Source: Octopus sinensis (lineage: Eukaryota). Taken from it: DNA of 64,000 nucleotides. The position numbers and the translations under genes are program-made. The notes under the pieces are model-generated. The model ran no database searches. It saw only the letters and a program-made list of their open reading frames with translations, and was not told the DNA's origin. This document shows positions 13,246 to 27,571 of this stretch, one piece after another; within the stretch, counting starts at the first letter, position 1, and every line of letters begins with the position of its first letter. Location: positions 41,416,001-41,480,000 of the forward strand of contig NC_043006.1 in the NCBI RefSeq assembly GCF_006345805.1. The letters are read 5' to 3'.

Positions 13246-13435
13246 ATATGTATGTATGTATGTACGCATACATGTGTGTGTTGTTGAGTTTATGCCGGTG
13301 TTTGTACCCCAACCACCTTAAAAATAAGTACCGGGTTGATTCGTTCCACAAAAATTCTCGAAGGTGGTGCCCTAGCATGCCTGCAGTCACACATACACAC
13401 GCACACATACACACTCACACACGTACGCACACGCA

Positions 13436-13477
<42 letters not shown>

Positions 13478-13491
13478 GTATTCCGCATATA

Positions 13492-13552
<61 letters not shown>

Positions 13553-13556
<4 letters not shown>

Positions 13557-13860
13557 AGGCGCAATGGCCCAGTGATTAAGGCAGCGGACTCGCGGTCGTA
13601 GGATCGCGGTTTCGATTCCCAGACCGGGCGTTGTGAGTGTTTATTGAGCGAAAACACCTAAAAGCTCCACGAGGCTCCGGCAGGGGGTGGTGATCCCTGC
13701 TGTACTCTTTCACTACACTTTCTCCTACTCTTTCTTCTGTTGGCCTGCTCGCTTAACCAGCAGGGTGGCGTCATTGAAGGCTAAAAACAATGCGAACGCA
13801 TTGTGACCAGCGATGTGTAACAACATCTGATGGTCTGGTCGGTCACGTGATCATGTGATA
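13553..13860 (+). mobile_element. Full-length tRNA SINE, head A plus alternative (LINE-like) tail
   Basis: Head and body are near-identical to 6846-6660, with A-box TGGCCCAGTGA and B-box GTTTCGATTCC. The tail GGCGTCATTGAAGGCTAAAAACAATGCG...GTCACGTGATCATGTGATA differs. Confidence 0.85.
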
Positions 13861-13869
13861 TAAATATAT

Positions 13870-13985
13870 ATATGACGGACTTCTTTCGGTTTCCGTCTAC
13901 CAAATCCACTCACAATGCTTTGGTTTGTGGGACTGAACTCAGAACCATATTTTTCGGAAGCAAGTTACTTACCATACAGCCACAC
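13870..13985 (-). mobile_element. CORE-like SINE head, family C
   Basis: CGGTTTCCGTCTACCAAATCCACTCACAATGCTTTGGT...TTACCATACAGCCAC, with an internal deletion. Confidence 0.7.
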
Positions 13986-15301
13986 ACACACACACTCACA
14001 CAAACACACACAAACATATGCGGAAAATCCACGATAGAACCGTTTAATATACACCCATGTTAGAAGTGCGTAGAGTCTACTACATTTGTATATCAATTAA
14101 ATAAGATTAAAGCTCATTTTATAAGCATCACGCAGCCCTCTCTTTGGGTGGTGTACTGTGTGATTGCATTCATCAGTCGGCCATAATGTTGCTGTATGTG
14201 CGTGGTGTGTATATTTGCATATCTAATTACCTACGTATCTGTATATATTTGTATGTAAGTACGTATGCATGCGTGTAGAATGTATATGAACATGTATGTA
14301 ATTTAGATGCAGAGATTGCTTGCATATATTGCCGTGACCCTAATTACCACTTTAACTGCAAAACAACATAAAGGTCAGGCGGTCAAATGCATGTTTGATC
14401 AGAGATGGTCAGGAGTTTAAACAGCAGCAAAGACGATAACGACGACGACAACAGTTTATAAAAATAAAAAAAAAGGCCGTTGAAACTCCATTCGGCACTG
14501 CCACCAACATCAATATTTTATAAAGTTGGTGGAAATACCAACATTTTGCCATTTCGCAAACTACAGATGTTGGGAAATGGTAGAATCGTGGGGAAATCGG
14601 AGAAATGGCGGAAATGGTGGAATAGAAAAATGGCGGAAAAAGAGACGTTTTTCAGTATTTGAACTCAAATCCGCTGAAGTAAACTTTACCGCTCAAGGAT
14701 TAGGGATCAGCTACCGGATCCAATTTGCTCCACCTAAAATTACTGAACGAGTGCTTAAATTATAACCGTTATTATTAGTTTGTTGTTTCTGCTGTTAGTG
14801 TTGCTTTAAATAGTCCCAGGAAAAAAAAAAAAACTTAACTATTCTACCATTACTTACTAAAAATAAAAAAAATCTATCTTTTTCAACTTTTCATTTTCAA
14901 CTTTTTTCATTTTCTCGTACATTACAAAAGGCTTTCGGATTAATTAAGAATCGGCCCCAATTCCCCGATGTGGAGAACTTTGTCTTGACATTGTTTTATC
15001 TAATTGTGTATATTTCTGCTTTCGGCCATTTGATATTCTATTGACTCACTTTCTCAGCCTAACACCTAGAGAAGTAGAAGAGTGAAGCGCTCATCACTGT
15101 AGTTAAAGTAGAAGCCTGATAACGTATGCAAATAGCACGCCAATTAATTTGAAACAGGGAGATAGATTAAAGAAAAAGAAGACAATGGGAAAATTAAACA
15201 AAGAGTACATATGTCCGAAGGGGTGCAAAAACGCAAAAAATAGAACAGTGTAGAAAAAATTAATTGAAAAATAAATGTGTGTGTGTGTATTACATACATA
15301 C

Positions 15302-15533
<232 letters not shown>

Positions 15534-15639
15534 ACACATGTCGTATGACCAACAACACTGCTGAGAATAATTCCAATTTATCTTTCGTGAGCATAGTGGG
15601 TCATGAGAAGCGCCTTCAATTAAACTAGCTGAAAGGAAA

Positions 15640-16790
15640 AACTAATCACTTAGTGGAGGGAGATCAATAAATACAAAACTATTTTCCTCAAAATTTACAT
15701 CAGGAAGGACAAGGAGGAAGGTCATGTGCATAACCTTTTCCAACAATGAAGAAGTTTTGCATATGCTTTTCAAAAGTTTTATGGGAAGAAACTTGACCGA
15801 TGTGCGGTAGAATGTGTGTTCACTCGACTTCGGAGAAGTATATGAAAAAGTGCATAAGTGTTTAATATTAAGAACAATGTGAGAAGGTAGGCATAGCTCG
15901 TGTGCAGGACGCCGGCCTAAAGATTGGTGCTGCAGCATATGATGTAAAGTATTATTTGGGTCACAACCAGCTATGTTAATACAGATACTAACTCTGCACT
16001 TACTATTTTCTTTCTGGCACATTATAGGCTGAGAGTGTGCGCAGAATTGATCTAGAACAAGAAAAGTTTCTGTAGTTTACCAGTACACCGTTTCTTAATT
16101 ACCTGTTCAGTCCATAAACCTATACCGGAGCTATATGTCATTGAAGGTGCGGAAAAGCAGTCCATCAAATTGTCGCAACGTGGAAAGTTCGGTTTGGTAC
16201 AGTAAGGTTTGTATAAAGTATCTTCTAGGCACGAGGAAAGGAAAACTAAATCGTAAAAAATAACCCCCCAAAAAACTGATAACGATAAACAAAAAAAGAC
16301 AAGTAGGAATACCCCATCCGCAATATCACAAGCACTAGAGGGCACTGAAGTTAAGCAATTAGAAAGTAACAGATTTCCCCACTCCAGCATGGGATCTATA
16401 AGAATAAGTAAGCAGCATTTGTACCCCGTTGTCATGCAAAGATGAGGAGAGGATGAAGACTAAAGTGGTTTGGAAACTGTCGAGGTGAATAAGAAATAAA
16501 TAAATAAAATAGTAGGGAAGAAGAATAAATTCAGACTGCAAGCAAGATGCTGGTATTCGCATAACATAAAGGAGCCTATATAAGGGAGAGTTTGAACATT
16601 AGTGTTGCCTTATTTAAGAGCTAGAAACTAATGGATCAGCTGAATGACATGAATGCGAATGAGAAGAATATATAGAAGAATTTGTGGTTTCTTGAGGAGT
16701 TGGATAATTATAAGAGATAAAAACATACTAGTTGAGCACTGTGAGAGATATAATCAATCAGTTCCCTCCAGGCATTGTGCTTATAGTTTA
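15640..16790 (+). mobile_element. Very old CR1-like RT remnant (tentative)
   Basis: HQEGQGGRSCIT and VCSLDFGEVYEKVHKCLILRTM resemble the QxGFxxGRSCxT and LDFSKAFDKVxH RT motifs; heavily disrupted. Confidence 0.35.
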
Positions 16791-16805
16791 TTGTTACGAA
16801 GGGTT

Positions 16806-16970
16806 CGAGCTGGCAGGGTCATTAACTTCAGGGAAAAACGCTTAGCGGCATTTCTTCCAATTCTTTAGGTTCTGGGTTCAAATTGCGACAGTCAGCTTTG
16901 GTTTTTATCCTTTGGGAGTCGATAACAATAAAGTGGCAGGAATATACTGGGGTAGATTTAATCGACTTAG
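16806..16970 (+). mobile_element. SINE family M (diverged)
   Basis: GAGCTGGCAG head, GGGTTCAAATT B-box and CCTTTGGGAGTCGATAA domain. Confidence 0.7.
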
Positions 16971-17093
16971 CCGCTCCACTCAAAACCTTAGTCTTGTGGC
17001 CTCGACGCCCTGAGGTCTTGTGTTAAAATTATTTCTAATATATATTTCTTTTAATATCCCTTTAATATTTTCCCTTGTGTCAAATAAAATCCG

Positions 17094-17229
17094 CTTCTTC
17101 TTCTTCTTCTTCTTCTTCTTCTTCTTCTTCTTCTTCTTCTTCTTCTTCTTCTTCTTCTTTCTTCTTCTTCTTCTTCTTCTTCTTCTTCTTCTTCTTCTTC
17201 TTCTTCTTCTTCTTCTTCTTCTTCTTCTT
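17094..17229. repeat. (TTC)n trinucleotide tract with one phase shift near 17160
   Basis: Directly visible. Confidence 0.95.
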
Positions 17230-17249
17230 GTCGTTGTTCTTGTTGTTAA

Positions 17250-17650
17250 GGCGGCGAGCTGGCCGAACGTTAGCACGCCGGGCGAAATTCGTAGCCGTAT
17301 TTCGTCTGCCGTTACGTTCTGAGTTCAAATTCCGCCGAGGTCGACTTTGCTTTTCATCATTTCGGTGTCGATAAATTAAGTACCAGTTACGCACTGGAGT
17401 CGATATAATCGACTTAATCCGTTTGTCTGTCCTTGTTTGTCCTCTCTGTATTTAGCCCCTTCTGGGTAGTAAAGAAATAGGTATTTAGTCAGCTGCTGCG
17501 TTCTGGGTTCAAATTCCGCCGAGGCCGACATTGCCTTTCATCTTTTAGGGGTCGATAAATTAAGTACCAGTGAAATATTGGGGTCAATGTAATCGACTAG
17601 TCCCCTCCCCTAAATTTCAGGCCTTGTGCACTTAGCAGAAACGATTATTA
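17250..17650 (+). mobile_element. SINE family M, tandem head-body duplication
   Basis: A full copy from GGCGGCGAGCTGGCCG, then a second B-box/central-domain unit and tail ending ...GATTATTA. Confidence 0.85.
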
Positions 17651-20249
17651 TTATTCAACGTACAATAACAAATATATAAATAATAATTTTCTATTTCAAG
17701 CCATTTCTTGTGAGACATTCTCTGCATTGTCAGGTGCATTTGTGTATTTCTCAGGTTTGTATAAAAATGTATTTTGTTCCACCGTTTCACCCAGCTGCCA
17801 TCATGGACAATTATTAATAAATCTAAAAGTAAGTGACTTGGAGAATTGAGATAATGTCGAGTTTATATTTAGAAGTTCTGTTATTGTCTCATTCTTACAT
17901 TCGAATCTTCTAGAATTCCTCCACGAATTTTGTAGTTGTTTTTGTTTGTGTTTTGAAATCACTGTTTTTATTGCTTCTCCGATTTCCGATTATTTCTCGT
18001 TTTATGAGAAACGTGATCAGACATCTGACCGCGGTAATACATTATACGGGTACACGGGATAATTTAAAGCTGAAGGGTGGACAGATGGAAAGTAAAAGTA
18101 GAAATTTAATATTTCTACTTCAAGAAACAGTAGCCATTACGTTGTGAAAATTTATTTATTTAATTTATTCACTCAGGATGCACACACAACCGAATAGTGT
18201 TTTAAAAATAGCTGTATTTTAATTTGACAAATATCGATTAATTACAAACGCACGAAGACAAGGGCAGTGGATCGGCAGAATCTGAGAATAAAGCTTCCAA
18301 GAAAATGCCTGGTGATATATATTCTACACCTTTACATTCTGTGTTCAAATCCGGGTTGCCTTTCACTCTCACGGGGTTATTGAAATAGAATACTAGTTGA
18401 GACTTAGGTCAATTTAATCCACCACTAATCACTGCCAACATTCTTGGGTGAGAACAAAATGTTTTAATCGAAACTCACACACACATACGCACACTCCATA
18501 ATGCGTAATGTATGGATTGAGGGACATAAGTAGCCTATTAGTGCAGAGAAGGAGAAAGTGTCGAATAAATAAGGGAGAATTCAGCAAGTCGGTTTAGTCG
18601 TAAATATATATTGTAAGTGATGAATGTTTTGGCAATTTATCGGCTGGCAAGGCAAAAGATTTAGACTAGTGGTCGCAGGGAAGACGGTTTAAAAAGTGGC
18701 CACTATTACGTTTAATGTACTGGAAATCTGGGAGTGTCAGTTAAGTTGCATTTTGTGGGATATATTCTAAAGAACTTCTATTTTTATAGGTGGGGTATTT
18801 ATCGGAAGACATATAAAGGTTGAAGATTTTACTGAAGAAAGACTCCAAGTGCAGATTCACTGAGCCATAGGCAGAAGAAACTTCAGTTTTTATCGCCTTT
18901 TCCAGTAACTAGATATGTTTTTATTTCATGTATACGTAAGTTCATGCAGCAAATATGTTAGAGAAGTGTTTAGTTCAGGGTGCGGTTTAGTAGGTAACTG
19001 CAAAGGAAGGTAGTATAGAATATGGTGGCTTTATTAGGAGTATTGCTTACAGCGTATCTTGATTGCGGGAATCGATAGTAGAGCTGTACGTAGTTTTTAG
19101 AGATACTCTTGTAAAGTACCCAATTTTCTGTAACCCAGATAATAGATAAGAACATGAGCCAACTTCCTCATTGATGTAGCTTCAGTGGAGAAAAAAAAGA
19201 TAGGAATTTTAGTATAAAACATGAATTAGGAGTTATCATCTGCTGGCATTGTACTTCTGAATCACTATATTATAAAACATCAATGATGTATGGCAGAGAT
19301 AAACACTAAACTACTTAATAACTATAATTGTAATCGGCTTTACAATTGACCCGGAATTTCGAGCCCTGTCACAACTTATGTCGACTCTCTGTAAGAGTTC
19401 TCGAACTCAAGATAAGTAGAGTTCAAACGAAGTGCAAAGCCATTGTTAAGATAAGAATTTTAAATTAAAAAAGCGGAAATTCGATAATATAACCTCCATT
19501 TATTGCAGTTCTAAACTTCATCTTCTAAGGCTAAATATTTTCTATAGTTTATTGTCAAAGGTTCTCTATCTGTTGTCAGTAAATATATCGCAGTAGATAT
19601 AATTCAATTCTCTTCGATATCAATCTAAATGTTCTACTGAAGCATAAAACAGCTAAGTTTTGAAAATAATTCAGCCTTTAGCGTTCCCCTAAAGAAGCTA
19701 CAAAATTGTGGTTTTGTAGATTGTATTTGGACAGATTGTCTTAATTTAGCTCAATATCCATACTTAAATTATTTTGAAGCTATTTCCTCTAATTTTTGTT
19801 TATATAATGAGGTACACATTTCAGCCAAGCTTATAATTATATGAATTTTTTTTTAATTGTTGGGCTAGTGAAAGAAGTAATATCAAGGGCCTTGACAAGC
19901 TCTCAAAGTCTGGTTGAAACTAATACCGCTAACGTTACATTTGAAAGGTTGCAATTTGACATCTGCGAGAAGGCTGAGAAAAAATAATATCATTTGATAC
20001 CATTTTGGGAAAGAAGTACAGAGATCTGTGGTTAGGGAAGACAGCGTGAATGAGGAGAAGAGAGGACAAAACCAAATGTTCCTAAATGGAAGTGGCACTG
20101 CAGCACTTAGGAACCCAGGGACAGAGGCCATCACAATTACAGTAGAAAAGGCAAAGAATGGAGGCAGGAAGTTTGTGGGCTAGAGGCTAGAGCGTGTCGG
20201 TGAGTGATTCAATGGAATCAGCCGAGTGGTCTTTTTCCGGATGTCGTTT

Positions 20250-20625
20250 GGGATGCTTGTGTTCGCATCAACAGTAATATCTCAGATGTCGGTTCAACAC
20301 AATACCGTGGGACTCAATGGTAGCCCTGAGAGGAAGAGACCTGTCTATTTTAAGGTGTGCTCCCAACAGGAGAGACCCTCAATGATAACAGTCATGAAGA
20401 CTCTAGATGACTGCTTTGTGGGACAAGGCTGGCGAAGTAAACAAGAGCTGGTAAGTTGATCTAGTGAATTGGATGCCAAAGCGTGACCGTACTCGAGCAG
20501 GCCGCCCGAACACGAAATATGTAGATCAATTTACAAGAGACATTAGATACCTCCCTGAAGATCTCCCTCAATTTATGAAAGACCAATATGTCCTAGGAAG
20601 CTCGCCCAGACGATGATGGCGATGA
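20250..20625 (+). mobile_element. RTE-like LINE 3' end remnant
   Basis: FVGQGWRSKQELVS / DLVNWMPKRDRTRAGRPNTKYVDQFTRD..EDLPQFMKDQ matches the RTE-type C-terminus (FAGHCWRSK..LW.P..GR.R.GRP..TYVD); ends in a GATGATG-type tail. Confidence 0.6.
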
Positions 20626-22140
20626 ATAGCGCCTGCGTATTTTTTGTTAAAAGGGATAATGCTACCTAACAGCAGTGGGGGATGCTTTCTAGGCATCTTT
20701 TCGTGATTTCAGAGTAAGTGTTTCTTGTTGCATGTGAAAAATGCATGGTTGGGAAATTGGTGGGGAAGAACAAATAGCGCACATTGTTGGCCCACATTGA
20801 CTTGTCAGGTTTCTTGTTAACGATGCCCGGGTCTTGCTAAACAAACTCGACTTACATGTATGGTCGTCGAGAATATTTTTTGTTACACTTTTGGTCTCGG
20901 ATGACATATTCCGGCGAGAAACCAGAAGCACTTTTCTGATCTTAAACACAAAAGACCTGGTGACATTTAAAGAGGTTGCACCTCAGAATCAATTTGGTTG
21001 CTGGTTAAGGCAACGATATTGGCATGGCCTCTAATCGTCTGCTTTAGATTCGAAGTCTCCATGTTGGGGCTGAAAAAAGAGAACACGTAGTTAAAGTTTG
21101 GGCTACTAATGCTTCTTAAAAGGTTTATTCTCAGGTAGCTGACGCACTCCATATAATATATATAATCCGAGGAAGGGAGAAAGAGAGGGAGAAAGAAAGA
21201 GGGAGAGAAAGAGAAGGAATGAGAAAGAAATATATATACACGTAAATATGGAATGTTTTGTAAATGTATAAATACCTATACATGTACAAACACACACACA
21301 CACACGTACGCGTACACATATACGTATATACATATACATACACATATATACACATACACATGTTCATGTAGATAAATGTGTGTATGTAGACCTATTCATC
21401 TATCGCCAAACACAGTTGTGCATAAATCTGCGCTATATCTGTAATTAGTATAATAGTTTTGTATGTGTAATTGCCATAACGAAATCCCAGCCACACACAC
21501 ATTACATACATACATACATACATACATATAAAGAAAGAAAGAAAAAAGAAAGAAGGTAGGTAATGCAACATTGCTCACAGAGTGCAGACAAATTGTTGGC
21601 CAATTTTATGCTGTTGATTGCTGCACTGAATAGCTTTGATCTGCGATTTTGCTGATTCTAAATATAATCAACATTATCAGGTTTCCAAATATTAGGATTA
21701 CATTCAGGTTCAGTTGTTGTTTGATGTTTGTTGCAGTGGCTGTTTATCGCCAATCGTGTTGTCATTCTTACATTGGCTTTGCCATAGTTGTTAAATTACG
21801 TCAATGCCTCTCGTGTGTACTCATGCATGTAGACAGTCTGTGAGTCTTGTGAAGGAACCAACCAAACCATCCAACATTGTCAGCATAATCATCATCTGCA
21901 ACAGCATCTCTGATATAAACCTAACCTTTCACTGTTAGTCTGTTTAGGTTTTGTCTGATGTAGTAAACTGGTTCAAATTCAATCTCAGAATAAATATCAG
22001 CATACGCATACACTCACAAACACTAACACGCACAGACGGACAACACATACACAAACACGTGTCTGTATATGAATACACACACACACACACACACACACTC
22101 ACACACACACATACACACATACACACACACACACACACAC

Positions 22141-22176
<36 letters not shown>

Positions 22177-22269
22177 CCTGTATACACATACTAACGCACT
22201 CAAACACACAGGCGCAAACACATATATATAATTTTGTTTGAAATTTAGCAAAATGCCAGCAGTTTGTTG

Positions 22270-22440
22270 GTAGGAGTTACGTCAGTTACATCGACCCCAA
22301 TACTCGACTGGTGCATACTTTATCGACCCTGAAAGGATAAAAGACAGTCAACCCGTACAGAGTCTGAACTCAGAACATAAAGAAGGATGTAAAGTTGTTA
22401 AGCATTTCACAGGACCGGCCAAAATGTCTACCAGGTCGCT
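22270..22440 (-). mobile_element. SINE family M (diverged)
   Basis: Reverse-complement central domain TTTATCGACCCTGAAAGGATAAAAG and GAACTCAGAAC. Confidence 0.7.
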
Positions 22441-22604
22441 GACTTACACACACACTCACACACACACACATGCATACCATGATACACATACACACGCACA
22501 CACACATACAGGCACACACGCACACACATGCACACTCATACACAAACTAGCACACATGTGCACATGCTCACACACGCACACACACATGAACACACATACG
22601 CACA

Positions 22605-22996
22605 CATACTCAAGGCACAAGGCACACAATTTTGGGGGAGGGGGCCATTCGATTAGATCGACCGCAGTATGCAACTGGTCCTTAATTTATCGATACCGAA
22701 ATTTGAACTCAGAACGTAGCAGCAGACGAAATACCGCTAAGCATTTAGCCTGGCGTGCTAACATTTCTACCAGCTCGCTGCCCTATATAAATTCTTTGCT
22801 ACTCTAGGCACAAGGCCCGAAATTTTGGGGGCGGGGCCAGTCGATTAGATCGACTCCAGTATGCAACCGGTGCTAATTTTATCGGCCCTGAGAAAACGAA
22901 AGGCGAAGTCGGAATTTGAACTCAGAACGTAGCGGCAGACAAAATACCACTAAACATTTCACCCGGTGTGCTAACGTGTATGCCAGCTCGCCGCCT
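22605..22996 (-). mobile_element. Two tandem SINE family M copies
   Basis: Repeated AGGCACAAGGC..GATTAGATCGAC..GAACTCAGAACGTAGC..CCAGCTCGC units; the first has an internal deletion. Confidence 0.85.
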
Positions 22997-23039
22997 TACA
23001 CAAGACTGGGCACAATACTGGGCAAGGCTGTTTGTGAAA

Positions 23040-23264
23040 GGCCAGCAGTCACCCATAGATATCTTTGATGTTAACCAGAGGTAAGGTAAAGTTCAATATG
23101 ACTTGGCACCGCTGGTGTCACAACTCATTTTTACAGCTGAGTGAACTGGAGCAACGTGCACTGGAGCGAGTGTCTCGCTCAAGAAAACAACACACGGCCT
23201 GGTCCGGCATTTGAACTAACGTTGGTGCGCCCGACGCCCTTACCACTAAGCCATGTGCCTTCAC
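23040..23264 (-). mobile_element. CORE-like tRNA SINE, head B
   Basis: Minus strand GTGAAGGCACATGGCTTAGTGGTAAGG..GTTCAAATGCC..TTCTTGAGCGAGACAC..CTCCAGTTCACTCAGCTGTAAAAATGAGT. Confidence 0.75.
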
Positions 23265-23620
23265 TACTGAAGTGGGTCTTCCATTCGTATATTATGTTAT
23301 CAACCAAAAATTCATTCAGAATGTCTTCCTGAATGTGTAGTAGATACAAGAACAATTCTTCCATATCTTTGATAGGCGATAGAAACGGGCTTCACTTGCA
23401 TTTCTATTTGACTACAGGGAGACAGAAAAACCAGAAGCAGAGCTGGAGTAAAGAGGACATGTCATTGATAACGAGTGCGAATAGAGACGAAATGACTTTG
23501 ACAAACTTAAGTGATAGGTTGATTGATTGACGGAACGATTAATCAAACAATCGAGTAGACAATTGCTTAGTTAAATAACAAAAATAAAGAAATGAGATGG
23601 AATGAGTGTTTGTATTTTTA

Positions 23621-24863
23621 TTAGGTCATCCCATAAGATCTGTTCGAATTTTGAATAAAGAAAACAAGTGATCAAATGTTATATTTAATTGAATTTTAAT
23701 CATCAATGTACTTTCCCTGATTATCTAAGACTTCCTTCCAGCTATTTACAAGCTTTTTAATCCCATCAATATAAAACTGTTTTGGTTTCAAAGCGAAGAA
23801 CACTGGAATGTCAGTTTCGACCTCCTCCTGGCTTGCGAAAGTTATATCCCCCAAATGATTCTGTAAACTACGAAGCAAATGGTAGTCTGAAGAAGCAAGG
23901 TCTGGAGAATAATGTGGATGAGAATTTTTTTCCCAACCAAGCTCTTCGATCTTCTGTGATGTGATCTTTGCAGTGTGGGGTCTCACATTGCCCTGATGAA
24001 AGATCACTCCTTTTTGATTCACTAAAGCAGGTCTTTTTTTTTCTTCAAAGCTTGGTTCAAACGCTCTAATTGCTGACAGTGGACTTGAGTATTGATTGTT
24101 GCATTAGGTGGTAACAATTCAAAGTGAATTACTACTTTGCAATCCCACCAGATAGAGAGAAGAACCTTTTTCCCATGAAGTTTTCTTCTCGGTTGTGGTT
24201 AATCTTTTTCCCTTTTACCAAGCAACTGTTTACGACATTTAACATTTCAATAGATCCATTTTTTGTCATCATTCACATGTTTATCCAAAAAGGGTGAAAT
24301 GAGTTTGCAGTTGCTTTTGGAGAATTCATGAGGTACCCATTTTCCAAGTTTAGGAACCTTTCCAAGTTGTTGAAGATGACGATGAACAGTTGTATGGTTT
24401 GTACTAAGCTTTACTGCCAATTCTTCAACTGATAACGCGGGATTTTCTTCAAGTAATGCCTCAAGCAGCTTATCATCAAACTCAACTGGACGTTCGATCT
24501 TCATCTTCAAGGATGAAATCTCCACTTCTGAATTTTGCAAACCATCTTCTGCAAGTTCTTTCATTCAAGCATTCCTTCCCATAAACTGAGTGTATGTTTC
24601 AAGTCGTATCGGCTGCAGAGTTTCCTTTTTGTACTCATAAAGCATTATGTGCCTTAAATGCTCTTTGGATACTTCCATATTAGAAAAGATTTTAACCAAA
24701 GAAATTTTAATTCTATTATTCTGTAAAATAATATTTAATTAGTTTAAATGTACACAAATTCATAAAAATAATTTTAATTCCATTAGACATTCTAAAATAC
24801 TATTAAATTTCATTCAATTTTAAAAGAAAGGTAAAATCGGACAGAACTTATGGGATGACCTGA
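23621..24863 (-). mobile_element. Near full-length mariner element, transposase pseudogene (ATG at 24678 to stop at 23696)
   Basis: TIRs TTAGGTCATCCCATAAGATCTGTTCG and TCAGGTCATCCCATAAGTTCTGTCCG with TA on both sides. Protein segments MEVSKEHLRHIMLYEYKK, LGKWVPHE, DDKKWIY, FHQGNVRPH (second catalytic D mutated to G) and YSPDLASSDYHL. Confidence 0.92.
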
Positions 24864-25499
24864 TATTATTGACATTATGATCCTCCCGAGATAAAGCGAA
24901 ACTATTTTACAAAATTTTGTGAATAATAGTAACAATCTTAGTCACACATTTATAGAATTTGTCACAGCGAAGCCTTATATTGGATACTGACAGCTAATAA
25001 GAAGCCAGATATATAGAATAATCAGTCGATTAAGCATTTGTTATTAGGCGAGTTTAGAAGCATAGTACGAAAAATACTTTTTCCATTAAACTGCAATTCA
25101 TGCTTTCAAACTAGGAATTTAGAACAGAACACACACTAGATCTAATAAAGTTTCATATGAACATCCACACACACACACACACTATATATATGCACTATAC
25201 ACACGCACACGCACACACACACACACGCACACACACACACACACACACGCACGCACACTCATCCCGCGCTCCTGGACCCTGTTTTTGCCAAATTCATAAA
25301 AATTAAGTAATTTTTCCCTCCGCTGTTTAATTGGAAATTAATAAGCTACTTTTTTTTTAGATTGCTTCTCTCGTGCAACTTTAATTAAATTTCTATTTTT
25401 TAAAATTTATTAAAAAGATAATTAATATCTAAATAAACACATGTTTATTTTCAACCATTATTTATGTGTTACTTTTGCAAACCTGCACATATTACTTTC

Positions 25500-25534
<35 letters not shown>

Positions 25535-25539
25535 TATTA

Positions 25540-25576
<37 letters not shown>

Positions 25577-26169
25577 GCTGTTGTTGTTGTTTTTGTTATT
25601 ATTATTATTATAATTGTTGCTATTATTTTTTGTTATTGGCGGCGGTATTGGTGGTGGCGGTAGTGGTAATGGTTTTGTAACTTTAGCGCTTTTAAAATTA
25701 ACGTTAATAAAAGAATTATTTTCTAAATTAGACACAAGATTATCAATTTTGATGGGGTTAGTCAATAATATCGACTTTAGTAATATTATATTTTATCAAT
25801 ACCGGACAGATGAAAGTTAAAGTGAACCTTTAGGGTATTTGAACGTAGAAAATAACCTGGATAAGTACTCTAAGACATTTTCTCCACCATTCTTAATAAT
25901 ACCCACAAGCCTTCAAGGGTTTACTAACCACTAATGGTTTACAAATACATTGAGAAGAGTATAAAACGATGCAATAGAATATGGCATGATATAATATGAT
26001 ATGGGGTTACATGAAACGTGCAGACGATAAAAATAGCAATAACAAAGAAGAAAACTCACACAAGAAAATTCCCCCTAAAATAGAGTCTTTAGAGGGCTAC
26101 TGTTGGAAATTCCAGAAAACTGCGGGCACCCTGACCCCTAAAGTAAGTGTCTTCCCGCCGTTATCTGCC

Positions 26170-26900
26170 TCCAGTTGACAGCCAGATAGCCAGAATTCGT
26201 CGCTTCACTCGAACCATACTCGCCCTCTATCAACAATTTTGCTCGGGGCAGGAGGCAAGAACTGTTTTGACTACTCTGATTCTCCTTTCAAATGAGTCTT
26301 CAAAAGGCTGTTGAAGGCTTGACCAAAGAGGAAAGTGTGTGGATTTAGCCCTTTCTGCTTCTTTCACTAGAGATAGTGATATCTCTAGAGATAAAACCTG
26401 CTTCGTGCCAAAAGAAATCTCAACAATCGAGTCAGTGATAGCAGTTAGACATAATTCAATAAGTCAGCAGTTCTTAACTACTAGATGACTGCATGCAAAA
26501 TGGTTTTGTTGTTCTCTGTGCATTTCGACAGGCCCAGCTGACGATACTTCCATGCCTGTAGATTTTATCTCAAACTGGCATCCACTGACCCGCTTCATGG
26601 TAGTTCTGGCAGACCAGGGATGTGTGAAAATTTCCCATTGTCTCCAGTCGGAATGCCCTCCGGAACAGACCAGTCAGTTGATTTTCATCGATGTCCAAAG
26701 TTTACCCAAGAACATCCTCCATTTCTCAAAAAAAAAAAGCAAACATATCCATAAGAGATCAAATGTCTTTTCTGACCTTGAAGAGGGTGTCCATTTTTCG
26801 GAAGCAATTTTTGCTATATCCTGTGTGTCACCATGCACCATATATGGACATTCGTAGTAAGGCTGAAGGCTCAAGAAGTCAACTTAGCGATCAGGAGGTA
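26170..26900 (-). mobile_element. Degenerate CR1-group LINE RT C-terminal remnant (tentative)
   Basis: Frameshifted ..HGDTQDIAKIASEK/MDTLFKVRK resembles W..HI..IAK.AS.KL..LFR.RK; the rest is heavily decayed. Confidence 0.4.
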
Positions 26901-27519
26901 ATGACCTTGCATTCCACTGGACAACACATTGTGCAAGTGGCATTTATCACAAACACTGGTCAACCGAAGACTTATGCAAGAAATTGAATTTATATAAAAT
27001 GTGCTGAGACCGTGAGTGGGATTGTTCCTGTAATTGAATTATCCAACCTTGTGATGCTGTAAGAATTACGCTAAAGGTCGACGTGCCTGTGGGATGCATT
27101 CCAATTCAATGAACAGGTTTATTCAGTTGATTGTATAATTCTTGTTGAAAAAGAATGGGAATCTCTGAGTTTGATATATAGAAATAGACGAAAATGCAAA
27201 GATGTAAATTGATAGCTTCATAAATAAACAAAATAATATATAGAGAAATGAGAGATCGAGATAGAAGTCAGGATATGATGGCGTGGGCGTGTGTGTGTGT
27301 GTGTGTGTTTGTGTGTGCGTGTATGTGCATGTGTGTGCGTGTGTATGTTATTGGGCACGTCATGTATTAGTAATTACACCGAAATTCACTTTCAATTGCA
27401 TGTCCTTTCAAAATGGAATGCCAACCCCCATTTCTAATCTATTCATATCGATCGTAGCCTTTCCTTTCTTTAAATGTCAATATTGATTTACTATGATTAC
27501 ACGACGGTAAATTTAATTG

Positions 27520-27571
<52 letters not shown>

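Noticed and set aside
18790-18870. Possible exon after TTCTATTTTTATAG (GGVFIGRHIKVEDFTEERLQ)
   Set aside because: Weak donor, in-frame stop shortly after and no recognisable homology.
20680-21050. SGEKP-like linker suggesting a C2H2 zinc-finger gene
   Set aside because: No correctly spaced Cys/His residues; surrounding frames are closed.
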